NCBI RefSeq assembly: GCF_000143415.4
Contig: NW_003314332.1
Span: 496,001-560,000 of the forward strand
Direction of reading: 5' to 3'
Origin: Selaginella moellendorffii
Taxonomy: Eukaryota > Plantae > Lycopodiophyta
Length of the DNA: 64,000 nucleotides
In this document: positions 53,461 through 64,000 of the stretch, one piece after another
Layout of the letters: each line of letters starts with the position of its first letter
Numbering within the stretch: position 1 is the first letter of the stretch
Notes under the pieces: generated by a model
The model's database searches: none
What the model was told of the DNA's origin: nothing
Seen by the model: only the letters and a program-made list of their open reading frames with translations
Translations under genes and position numbers: made by a program

Positions 53461-54772
53461 CTAGTACTGATCGTGGTAGTACTGCTCCTGCGATGTTACT
53501 GCCGCTGGCGCAGGCTGAGGCTCCGGATACTCGTACGCATTCTGGAGCTGGAGTAAACTGTTGCTGCTGGACGCTTCGTCTTTGCGGAAAGGCACGGATC
53601 CCATCCTCTGCGGATCCATCGAAGGGTAGTAAGGATTGTCCGAGAGCGGCGCCGGAGGAGGCAGGTAGTAGGCCGCTCCGCCATCCTGCTCCGCCGCTCC
53701 GCCATCTTCGTTGCTCTGCTCCTCCTGAGCTCCACCACCGCTGCTCAAGTCCGACTTTGCTGCTTGAGGCTTCCCCCACATGAGCTTGAGCCTGACTCCG
53801 TTCACCACGAGCTTGTGTGCGAGGTCCTCGGCAGCTTTCTCGGCGTCCTCACGCGTGGTGTAAGTGATGAAGGCGCAGGCCCTCTGCGGGACGAGCCGGA
53901 GCGATTCGATCTCTCCATACGAGTAGAAGTTGTCTTTGAGATCCTCGGTGGTGACTCTCTCGTCGAGGCCACCAACGTAGAGCGTCCTCACGGTGGTATC
54001 GTCGGGAGGAGTGAGCGTCGACATCTCCTCGGCCTTTTTCAGGAGCTTTGCAGCAACGGGATCATTCAACCTGCAAAGAAAAGAACTCTCAAAGTGAGAA
54101 GAAACGCGAAGAAGAGAACACAACTTACCCGTAGTAGCGGTCCTTGATGTTTTGCTGTGAGAGCTCGCCAGTGACTGGCATCTCGTGCCTGTAGGGACAA
54201 GCATCACCTCTTTGGCATCCACCGCGGACAAAGAAGCTGCAAATGTGTGCTCGGTTGCGCTTGTAGTATGGGCTCGTCCTCTGGAGCTTGAGGATCATGT
54301 CATTCGGCCGGACTTTACCAAAGGACGACTCGTGATCCACCTTGCGGTCGTGTTCTTCCGCAAAGTACTCGCGATTGACATCGCTCTTGGGTATGACATC
54401 GTTGGTGTCGACCCCCAGGGCGCTATCCCGGGCCTGGACGGGCAGCCCATACTCGAGATCCAGCACACAGACCTGGCACACATTCTTGAGCTTGCTACAC
54501 GTCTGGCAAATCTCAGTCTTCTTGTATCGCGAGTCGCGGCCGGCCTTCCAGCGAAAGACGGTGAAGGGCCTGGCGCAAATCTTACACTCCTTGTCGAAAT
54601 TCGCCTTGGTCTGTGCCCAAAAAATACAAACAATGTGAGCTCCTCGGTGAGGAATCGCGGCGCTTACCATGCGAACATAGGGATTATCCCCCAGGCACGT
54701 CTCGCAGATGATCGGGAAGTCCGAGCGCTCCCACCCATCGGCCTCCAGATCGCGCAGCAGCCTGTGCGCCAT
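53461..54772 (-). CDS. RBM22: RBM22/MAC5-type CCCH zinc-finger plus RRM splicing factor
   Basis: [76 protein letters not shown]; two short introns. Confidence 0.95.
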
Positions 54773-55850
54773 AGCTCAACCCTAGCCCTAAAACTCGTGG
54801 ATTAGGTTAACTGGTATTTAGTGATTTATAGGCCTAGCTCAATGAAACTTTGAAGAGATGGTTGATCCTATGACGGGGATGCCATACTCTCAATCGAGCT
54901 ACGTTTCTTGAGTATTTCAATGACAATCCCGGTAATGGTTTCTATCTTCTGCAAACCATCACATATCCAGTACAACCTCAACGAAATTCTTTTTTTCAAG
55001 TCTTAATTGCTGAGTTATCTGCAACTGAGGGAATGGTATCAGCCTTATTGGGTTCTTTGCTGATATGCCTGCTTGTTTCCCACCGTTTTGAGTTTTGCTT
55101 GTAACTCTTGTTCATATAGATTCCCACTGCTGGCCCAGATTGTCGAAATTTTAGTGTCCTGAATTATGCGTGTTCTTCAGAAAACCGGGAACCACAACTT
55201 AGCTACAAGTTATGACAATCTGGTAATTCACTACTGGAACTTATAAGTACAATTTGCTCGCCACAAGAGCTAGACATGCAAAGCTTTTGTGCATTGGACT
55301 GTAAGCTATTCATTCATTTCAATGTTGTTGCATGTTTTAACTTGCTCTTCTTGTGCAGGCTCTACATTTGAGGTTTTTACTCCACTCGCAAGCTGAAATA
55401 ATGAACAGTGATTGGAGCGCTTGGCAAGTAGATGTTCTCTATTTGGCACAAGAATGTGTGGAGTCACTTACAAGGTGATATGCAATAATCATCGAATCCT
55501 GGCACAACTGGAGGAGATACCAAGATGACATTTGTTATGTGGATCTTTGTAAACTTTGGGGGATGTGTGTTCACAAAACATTTGCTTGTAGCCAGCCACA
55601 GGATAAGTTCATTTGGAGCATAACATTAGAGATAACTTGAACGAGTGGAATCTGCTTGTGTTTTGCACCAGCTCAAAGGCACTTGCTACAACGCTATTGT
55701 CTGATTTTCGAGAAGAGGAGCAAGCTTACATGGGAATGCCATTTCATGAGTTTGGCAATTGTAGGTTATCTTTTAGAATTCGTAATATTTGCCTTATTAT
55801 TTATATTTTGCAATATAAATTCCAAATAATCAAATTTCAAAAGTTTATTC

Positions 55851-56025
55851 TGTGAGGGCCAAGTGTACGGTTACGATGCCGTATACTAATATTACCATAG
55901 TGGGATTTTGGTAGTCGTCGAATTGGTTTCAATCTGGACCACTCACTTCTGTATATAAGCTAGGGTTTTTGGGCTAATTGATATGCACATTTCTATATTC
56001 CCTTTCCATATTCCAAGCACTCACA
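55851..56025 (+). repeat. 5' LTR (175 bp)
   Basis: TGTGAG...CTCACA termini; differs from the 3' LTR at 7 positions, all transitions; contains TATATAA and TAGGGTTT. Confidence 0.97.
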
Positions 56026-56255
56026 TTGGTGGAGGTGAGGGGCACCTTTGATTGTCTTTGAGGAGTGCTTGGATTTGGGATTTTGGTTTAGATCTAGCTT
56101 TTGCATTGTCTAGATTTAGCTTTTTCCATTTCCTTCTTTTTGTTCTTTCCTTTCAGGATTTTGGTTTAGATCTAGCTTTTTGTATTGTCTAGATCTACCA
56201 TTTCCTTCTAGCTTTTTGTCATTTCTCTTCTTTTGCTCTTTCTTTTTCATTCTCT

Positions 56256-57188
56256 ATGGCAGATCAGCAATCTCCTCCTTTGACTCTCGAGCAGCAGTTG
56301 GTCCAATTGCTTGATGCTATGCACTTGCAATTGAACAACCAAACTCAATTGATGGCGGCATTCACGGCACATGGTCCAACTCCTCCTGCTCTTGGTGCCA
56401 ATCCTCGTGTTCGGCCGGAGTTCTTTCGTGGGAATCCTGGGGATGATGTGTACCATTGGTTTGATCACTTCACGATGATTGCCACATATCATTCTTGGGA
56501 TGATACTCGATGGTTGCCTGAGTTTCCCACATGTCTCCAAGGGACGGCATTGCAGTGGTACAATGGTTTGAGCGCAGCCACTCGTGGGGATTGGAGTGTT
56601 CTCCTGGACGTCTTCAAACGCGCCTTCGGACATGGCGATGATTGTGATGATGCTTTCCAACAATTGCATCATCTTCGCCAAGGGCCATCTGAGTCGGTGA
56701 TGCAATTTGGCGTTCGTTTCCGAAGTCTTTTGCTTCGTGCGGAGCCAAATATGTCGGAGCGGATCAAACTAGGAATGTTGTGGCTAGCACTTTGTCAAGA
56801 TCTTGTTGGACTTATGCATGCACTTGCTCCTGCCACCCTTGACGATGCTCTTCGCTTGGCACAATGTTATGAGACGTCGCCTCTTCCACTTCTCGCTGCA
56901 CGTCCTTCTGCTCCACTTCCTATGGGTGATGGTCCTATTCCAATGGAGGTTGATGCTGCTGCTGCTCGAGTCCAAGGACAAGCGCGAGGACGTGGTCGTG
57001 GCCGTGATGTTCGCTGCTGGGCGTGTGATGAAGTTGGTCATACTTATCGGCGTTGCCGTCGTTTTCTGGATTGGCGACCTCCATTTCCTAGGTGGAGACC
57101 TTGGCATCAGCAACGTCCCGTGGGTGCTGCTGTAGTGGAAGGTCTAGACACCGAGATGCATCCGGGAAATGAGGAGTCGCGCGAGTAA
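56256..57188 (+). CDS. gag: Retrotransposon Gag
   Basis: PEFFRG, LQGTALQWY, LRQGPSESVMQF, PIPMEVD, zinc knuckle CWACDEVGHTYRRC. Confidence 0.92.
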   Translation: MADQQSPPLTLEQQLVQLLDAMHLQLNNQTQLMAAFTAHGPTPPALGANPRVRPEFFRGNPGDDVYHWFDHFTMIATYHSWDDTRWLPEFPTCLQGTALQWYNGLSAATRGDWSVLLDVFKRAFGHGDDCDDAFQQLHHLRQGPSESVMQFGVRFRSLLLRAEPNMSERIKLGMLWLALCQDLVGLMHALAPATLDDALRLAQCYETSPLPLLAARPSAPLPMGDGPIPMEVDAAAARVQGQARGRGRGRDVRCWACDEVGHTYRRCRRFLDWRPPFPRWRPWHQQRPVGAAVVEGLDTEMHPGNEESRE

Positions 57189-60100
57189 TGGAGGGACCTT
57201 GCGCAAATAAGTTAGTGACCCCTCCATCTTTCTTTCAGGAGTATCATCAAGGGGTTCACTCGGCACCGGTCCATCCAGTGTTTACTTTCCAAGCTCGTTT
57301 TTATAACAAGAGGTCTCCTATTATTCTCTCCGTGTTGGTTGATACAGGTTCGAGTTTATCTTCTATTGCTCGACCTGTTGCCACATATTGTCGTTTACAC
57401 TTGCGTTGTGCGGCAGAACCAATTTTCATTCTTTATGGCAATGGCCGTACACATGCATGTGCACGGGATGAGGTGGACCTGGTTGTGCGTGTGGGCAATC
57501 TCGAGCTTGAGTTGCAGCCGTTGCGGGTGGTGCCGAGTCAAGCTTTTGACCTCATTCTTGGTATGGATTGGTTGCAGTGCAATCATGCCAAGTGTGACTT
57601 TGAGGCTTCTCCCCCTTGTCTCATACTTCCTTATGTTTCATCCATTCCTTTCACTTCCATACCTCTTCGTCCCTCTACTTCTACCTTTGCTTCCATTACT
57701 TTTGTTCCCCCACTCTTTCCTTTTGTGTTTCCATCTTGTTCTGCTTTTCCCTTTTCTGATCCCTCTGACGATCTTTGTGTTGCAACAGTTGACCGGCTCA
57801 TGAAGGAGTATTTTGATCTCTTTGAATTTGACTTATCGTCTGGGGCCAAGATTACCACACGTCATCCGATTCCAACCGGGGATGCTCATCCAATCAAGGT
57901 TCCTGTTCGTCGTCGGTCACCTAAGGAGATCAAGATTTTACGAGCAAACGTCAAGGAAATGCTGGAGAAGGGTGTTATTCGGAAGTCGCGGAGTCCTTGG
58001 GCATGTGAACCTCATCTTGTGACGAAGCCTGATGGGAGTATTCGTTTCTGCATCGACTATCGTCCGTTAAACGAAGTAACGATCCCAGATGTGTATCCTC
58101 TTCCTCACACTACTGATCTCTTGGATCGTCTAGGGCGAAGTCGTTGGTTCACCAAGCTAGATCTTGCTTCTGGGTATTGGCAAGTACCAATGGCCGAAGA
58201 AGATATTCCTAAGACTGCTTTTCGTACACCATTTGGTTTGTACGAGTTCTTGGTGATGCCGTTTGGTTTGAACAATGCTCCAGCAACTTTCCAGCGGATG
58301 ATGGACGAGGTTCTTTGCGATATGCCGGAGGTGACTGCTGACTTCATTGATGATGTCTTGATCCACTCGGAGGGGACGTGGGAGGAGCACATTCGTGATG
58401 TTTGTAAAGTGTTGGATCAGCTACGCGACGTTGGTTTAAAGCTGAAGCGGTCAAAGTGCATGTTTGGGTCCAAGGACACAACTTATCTTGGGTACCGTAT
58501 TTCTCGTGAGGGTTTGAACAATGCTCCAGCAACTTTCCAGCGGATGATGGATGAGGTCCTTTGCGATATGTCGGAGGTGACTGCTAACTTCATTGATGAT
58601 GTCTTGATCCACTCGGAGGGGATGTGGGAGGAGCACGTTCGTGATGTTTGTAAAGTGTTGGTTTAAAGCTGAAGCAGTCAAAGTGCATGTTTGGGTCCAA
58701 GGACACAACTTATCTTGGGTACCGTATTTCTCGTGAGGGTTTGCAAGTTGATCCTGACAAACTTGTGGCTGTTCTAAAGTTCCCTACTCCGAAGTGTGTG
58801 AATGATGTGTAGTGCTTTTTGGGTAAGGTGCAGTATCTCGGTCGTTTTGTGGATCATCTTTCCAATCGCACTACACCATTGCGAGCATTGTTAAAGTCAT
58901 CAATGTCATCTTTCATCTGGTGTCTGGATTGTGAGCGAGCGTTCGTGGATCTCAAAGAACTATTGACGACTCCTCCGGTTTTGGCATATCCTGACTACAC
59001 TCGACCTTTTATTTTGCGCGTGGATGCTTCTAACATTGGTCTTGGAGGTGTGTTGATGCAAGAGAGCTCAAGTGTGCCGGGTTAGCGCCATCCCATTGCA
59101 TACATAAGCCGTACATTACAACCAGCGGAGATGAACTACTCCACGATGGAGAAGGAGTGTTTAGCAACAATCTGGGGTTTCGAGAAACTTCATGCCTATC
59201 TACATGGTTCTCGGACGTTACTTGAAGGTGACCATGCTGCTGTTACTTCATTATTGAAGCGGAAGAACATGGTTAGTCGTACGGCTCGATGGGCTTTGAA
59301 GCTTCAGATATATAATTTCGATGTTGTTCATCGCCCAGGGAGTTCTATGGCTGATGCTGATGCCCTTTCTCGAGCTCCTCTTCCTTCTCCACTCACTTCT
59401 CATGTTTCTGACGAATCTGTTGTTCCAGCATCTGTGGATTTTCTAGATGAGGATTCTGTGCCGTCGGCGGTTGCTGTCCTTGACGTTCAGTGTCCACAAG
59501 GTGCAGAGAAAGATCTACCTTCTCTTGATGAGGTTCGCGAGGCTCAAAAGATTGAGCCGTGGATTTGGAGGCTTCGAGATGGGTTTGAGAATCCTACATC
59601 ACTTGCTGATGACTTGCCTTTCTGGCATTTACATTCTCAATATCGCCTTGACGATGGCCTTCTTTATTTTGTGGGGACGGATCCTGATGATCATTTACGG
59701 CTGGTGGTGCCTTCGGTGTTTATTCCGCAGTTTCTCCATGCCTACCATGATTCTCCTGTTCTAGGTGGGCATATGGGACACCGTCATGTCACCGAGAAGC
59801 TGTGCAGGTCTTTCTATTGGCCAGAGATGCGACGTGATATTATCTGGTATGTGCGTAGCTGCGTTTAGTGCCAAGCTCGTAATACTCCCCCTCGTGCTAC
59901 GGAAGGACAGTTGGAGTCAATTGCGGTTTCCCGTCCGTTTGAGTTAGTGGCGTCTCTTCGGTATGCATATGTTACAGGGATGCAGAGTTCTGTTGGTGCT
60001 TCACCATATAAACTCCTATATGGTCATGATCCAATATTACCAATGGAGCTGGGTTTACCTTCGCGATTGCCACGTGCTGCCGATGCTAGATCATGGGATC

Positions 60101-60507
60101 AGTATTTGACGAGCATTCTTCCACTTGTCCGAGCAGAGTCTGCCGAACACTTAGGCCGCGTACAAGTGGGACAACAACAGCACTACAACTCTCATCATTG
60201 TCTACCTGTGGAGTACAAAATGGATGATTTGGTGTTAGTTCGTTTTCCCCATCTTACGGTACGTGGTTTATCTAAGGGGCTTCTTGCGCAATGGAAAGGA
60301 CCGTATCGAGTGTTGCGACAAATTGGACCACAAGTTTATGAGGTTCGGCATGACGTTCAGCAGGCCGATCCTTCAGAGATTGTGCATGTGCAGCGGCTAA
60401 AACACTTCATACAAAGGGATCAAGAGGAGTTAATACCACCTACAGATCCACCGATGCCTCCTCCTGACGTTCCTCCGGATCCCGGCCCATCTTCAAGAGA
60501 ACCCTGA
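57188..60507 (+). pseudogene. pol: Retrotransposon pol (protease, RT, RNase H, integrase), disrupted
   Basis: VLVDTGSS, RFCIDYRPLN, KLDLASGYWQ, MPFGLNNAPATFQ, FIDD, DASNIGLGGVL, NYSTMEKECLA, H..GGHMG, WKGPYRV; multiple stops, an internal duplication and a missing integrase core. Confidence 0.93.
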
Positions 60508-60539
60508 TGGTCTTCCATTATCCCGAGAGGAGGGGATGA

Positions 60540-60714
60540 TGTGAGGGCCAAGTGTACGGTTACGATGCCGTATACTAATATTACCATAGTGGGATTTTGG
60601 TAGTCGTCGGATTGGTTTCAATCTGGACCACTTGCTCCTGTATATAAACTAGGGTTTTTGGGCTAATTGATATGCACATTTTTGTATTCCCTTTCCATAT
60701 TCCAAGCACTCACA
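60540..60714 (+). repeat. 3' LTR (175 bp)
   Basis: Direct repeat of 55851-56025, preceded by a polypurine tract. Confidence 0.97.
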
Positions 60715-62049
60715 ATTCTATTTTTCAATTGATTATTTGCAGGTGTGTGCTAAATTCTGGATCTTGTTCAAATGACAGATCCGTAGTACTTGTGCTGAAG
60801 TTGTCCAACTCGCTGTTGATGCTGGTTTCACCAAGTGTGAGCAAAGGTAGACTTTCTTCTTGTTATGTTTTTTAGTCTAGTTTTACGTTTTTAATTGCAA
60901 TTGCCAGGCTCTTCTATGTATCCCATAGGACAAAGTCCAATGCCGTGTTATGCAGCCTGGAGTGAAAGATAGTCTTGGCTGCATGGGTGTTGATTCCATG
61001 GAACAGCCTGCAACTGACATGGACCTCCAAGCAATGGTATTTTGCAAACTTTTGACTAGTTTATTTTTATCCTTTTTAACATTGTGTTGAATGACTAGCG
61101 AACTTTGTTGGCCTGATCTATCACCTTCCATGCGATTCCACTCTCAGTTGTGTTGGTAAAAGGCCTATATTTCTACACTTGGTTCATCAATGGTTTTCTA
61201 TCTTCTCATGTAAATCTCTCCAATGCTATCACTTCTATGAAGAATTTGCCAAAAGTTTGGGCCTGTAGTAATCTAGATAGTTATCATCTTGAAAAACTCA
61301 AGGTTGTTGTCAAGACGGTGCTACAATAGCACAAATCTTGAAGGATGAGTCAGGAATTGTGTCATGCACGATCATCCAGGATGTTGAAGAGATGAAAGAG
61401 GTGAACACACAACTCTTCTTCAGTTTACTTCAGTGAACACGTCTGGACTCTAGCATGGAGGCTTTTCTTGACGCAAATTGCGTCACTGAGTATCAAGAAA
61501 CAATTCTCCACGAAATGAATGAAATTACAATTTTGCATGCAGAAAACAAAACAATTAAGGAGAACTTCAATGAAGATTTCATCAAGTCTCACTGCAAAAA
61601 TAAAATGGTAATTTTCCTAAATGATTAATATCACACAATCTTTCCCATATCCAAACACAGATCTGTAACCAGCCTTCATGGGGGGTGTTGTGGTTGATTG
61701 AAATTGAATTGATCGAGATCAAAACAACAAAAGAAAGAATCCCCGCATGACGTGTCAGCCACGTGGCTATCCCCCCTGTGCGCAACCATGCCACTTCCTT
61801 GTAACTAAATATCAACACACGGCCAGAGCTTCATTGCAATCCACACATGGACCACTTTGTAGCAGCACCCTATAATATTGTGTAAGGAAAAATAGTACGG
61901 AGCATATAACCTCTCTCTTGCTCTTCCCTTTCCTTTCATTCTGGCTGCTTCTTCTCTTCTTCCATGTTCTTCATTCTGGTGTACATGGGACATTGTCTTA
62001 CAGCAGCTGGAGATTTTGTGCTCATGGTCAATCTCGCAACATGTTCATT

Positions 62050-62400
62050 TGCCAGGAATACCTCGGCTTCTGGATCATAGCTGGGCAGATGAAACCAGAC
62101 CCAACGAAATTGGATGCAATCCAAAACTGGCCAGTGCCTGCTACAATGAAACAACTCCGAGCATTCTTGGGATTGTGCAATTACCTCCGAAAGTTTATAG
62201 AACGCTACGCCAACGTTGCCGCTCCGTTGACAGACATCATTGGAGTAGGCCTATTCTTTTGGAGTTATGACACTCGACAAACTTTCAACAGACATTCAAC
62301 AGACACAAATGTCACATTCTTGAGGTGCCAGTGCTCTAGCTGCTGGATTTCACCGGAGGTTTGTGGTGGAAACAGTCCGATGCAGCAGTAGGAGTGGTTC
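62050..62400 (+). mobile_element. Degenerate Ty3/gypsy RT-RNase H fragment (a different element)
   Basis: EYLGFWI...MKPDPTKLDAIQNWPVPATMKQLRAFLGLCNYLRKFIERYANVAAPLTD. Confidence 0.85.
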
Positions 62401-64000
62401 TCACAACTTGATTGCTTTAGAGAGCAGGAGTTTTAAGGCAGCCAACATATGAGCAGGAGAGGATAATTGCAGTAAGGCTGCAGCGATAGTGTTAAGAAAC
62501 AAGTGTAAGTTTTTTGCATCTCTTTTTCTATTTAGGCTAAATAGAATGAAGCTGTGTAATGGCTTTTGTACCGAAGAAATCATTATTTGTCTATACTGTA
62601 TAATATATGCTGATGAATGGCCATAGGTTTTAACTACCCAAAATTGCCAATCTCAAAGTCAAGCACATTTTCTAGGCATTGGACAACATAAAAATTCCAT
62701 TTTGCCCCCTGAAATTCGGTAGCTATAAAGTCAAGATTCATGATGCAGTGAGAAGTATGCTAGTGAATCACCTTGGCAAACTGTTTTGCAGGTTCTAGGA
62801 GGATGGACCTTATTTGCCCTAGGAATCTCATTGGAAGCAGGAGTCCTTTTCAAGAAGGATGGATATTGATTAATGCCAGGTGGGATCATCGTGGCGTGTT
62901 GCTTCCACCTAGGGTGTTGTTTGGGTTGTCAATGTAGCATGTTAAATTACATTGACTCAATTTGACTTGCACTTCACATACATTCTCAGGGCAACTTATG
63001 TAGAAATACTGCCTGCCAAGACAACTTGCAGCAGCTCAGCTTCAAGGCAAAGGCCTGGATGAGGAAGTGTGGGTAAGTGTTCTTCAATGGCAGGCAGGTT
63101 CTTTTTTGTAATCCCTTTTCTTTTGAATGGCAAGGTGTAGCATGTGAGGTCACGGCCATGGGCGAGGGCAAGGGCGAGGGAGTGGATTAGTTCCTTCTTC
63201 TGAGGTTAGTGCAAGCATATCATAGGGTTTACAGCTTTCAGAATAGTAGCTGCCGTTGCTGTCTCTCTCACAACATTAGGATCCAGAGCTTGGGTGTGGT
63301 TTTCCTTCTCAGCTAGGCCAGCAAGGCGGGCATGGTTTAGGATCAAGGGGAGGCTTGAGAGCAGTGCATGGGGTTGTGTATATGTTGATACGGAAAATTT
63401 GGAGCAGAATGCTTGCAACAAAATGACACCTTAATTTTATTCCAACAAAAAGATTGAGGTGTGGAGGGACTTGGTCCAATGCAACATTTTTCACGTATCA
63501 ATAAATGACTAGGGCCTGACAGGAATCATCAAACACCTTGTTGGAGTTGTGCCACCTCAACACCGTTGCAAAGTTAAGGACACTACAAAAGGTCAGAAAA
63601 GGACAAGATGCTTTAAGTGTTGGATGCTCAAACATAGTGTCTGGAGATGGATCATGTCCAAAGAGGCTTCACTCCAACTACTATATACCTCCAAGTGGTG
63701 ATGTTGAGGGCTGGGAATGGATAAATCACATTCTTGAATTTGAAAGATAGGAGGCTGAATGGTTATGGTGAGAGAAGCAGGATTTAGAATTATGAACTGC
63801 AATAGGTACTCCAAATACCATGTGAGTCAAGCTTACCGGGGATGCTGGAGAAGCTCAAAATGTTCAGTGACAAACAGAGATTGCATTTCTAAGTTGTCCT
63901 GATTTTAGCAAGCCAATGCTTCTAACACAAGGGCGTTGGCTATGTCTAGGTGGTTGATAAACTGGACACCAAAAGAGCTATAGGTGGAGCACAAATGGTT

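Larger units (their letters stand above)
55851..60714 (+). mobile_element. Full-length defective Ty3/gypsy LTR retrotransposon without a chromodomain
   Basis: TG..CA LTRs 55851-56025 and 60540-60714; TSD ATTC; PBS at 56027; PPT GAGAGGAGGGGATGA 60525-60539; domain order gag-PR-RT-RH-IN. Confidence 0.97.

Noticed and set aside
54840-55850. Degenerate coding-like sequence flanking the LTR element, continuing at 60743-61580
   Set aside because: Stop-riddled with no identifiable domain; likely old repeat debris.
62400-64000. Short ORFs at the window end
   Set aside because: No supportable homology; probably decayed repeats.
1-64000. CRISPR arrays, rRNA or tRNA genes
   Set aside because: None seen; the only tRNA-related sequence is the retrotransposon primer-binding site.

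Overview
Gene-dense land-plant genomic DNA. The ~50-60 bp introns, very short intergenic spaces and many intronless PLS-type PPR genes suggest a lycophyte, probably Selaginella (inference). Conserved genes: DEL/E2FE-type factor, molybdate transporter, SUF4/ZNF207, a 77-aa spliced microprotein missed by the ORF track, EIN3-binding F-box protein, RLCK-XI-type kinase with a huge insert, DYW-PPR, RS-domain cyclophilin, NUP160, ERD2-like receptor, PDIL5/ERGIC, eRF3 and RBM22/MAC5. Accessory structure: (1) an old inverted duplication (~4.0-10.1 kb vs ~16.4-20.3 kb) in which both GDSL genes survived while two adjacent PPR genes were lost reciprocally by small deletions; (2) two non-autonomous hAT elements inserted head-to-head 144 bp apart, each with its own 8-bp TSD; (3) orphan-like genes: an atypical kinase with three copies of an unrecognised ~65-aa domain, a predicted spliced BTB-ubiquitin-like fusion, a degenerate Fic-domain gene next to a duplicated cyclophilin 3' end, and an AT-rich secreted B-lectin; (4) a full-length but defective Ty3/gypsy element with 175-bp LTRs, a 4-bp TSD, a tRNA-Ala-type PBS, and a -1 frameshift signal (GGGAAAT plus a predicted H-type pseudoknot) at the gag-pol junction.
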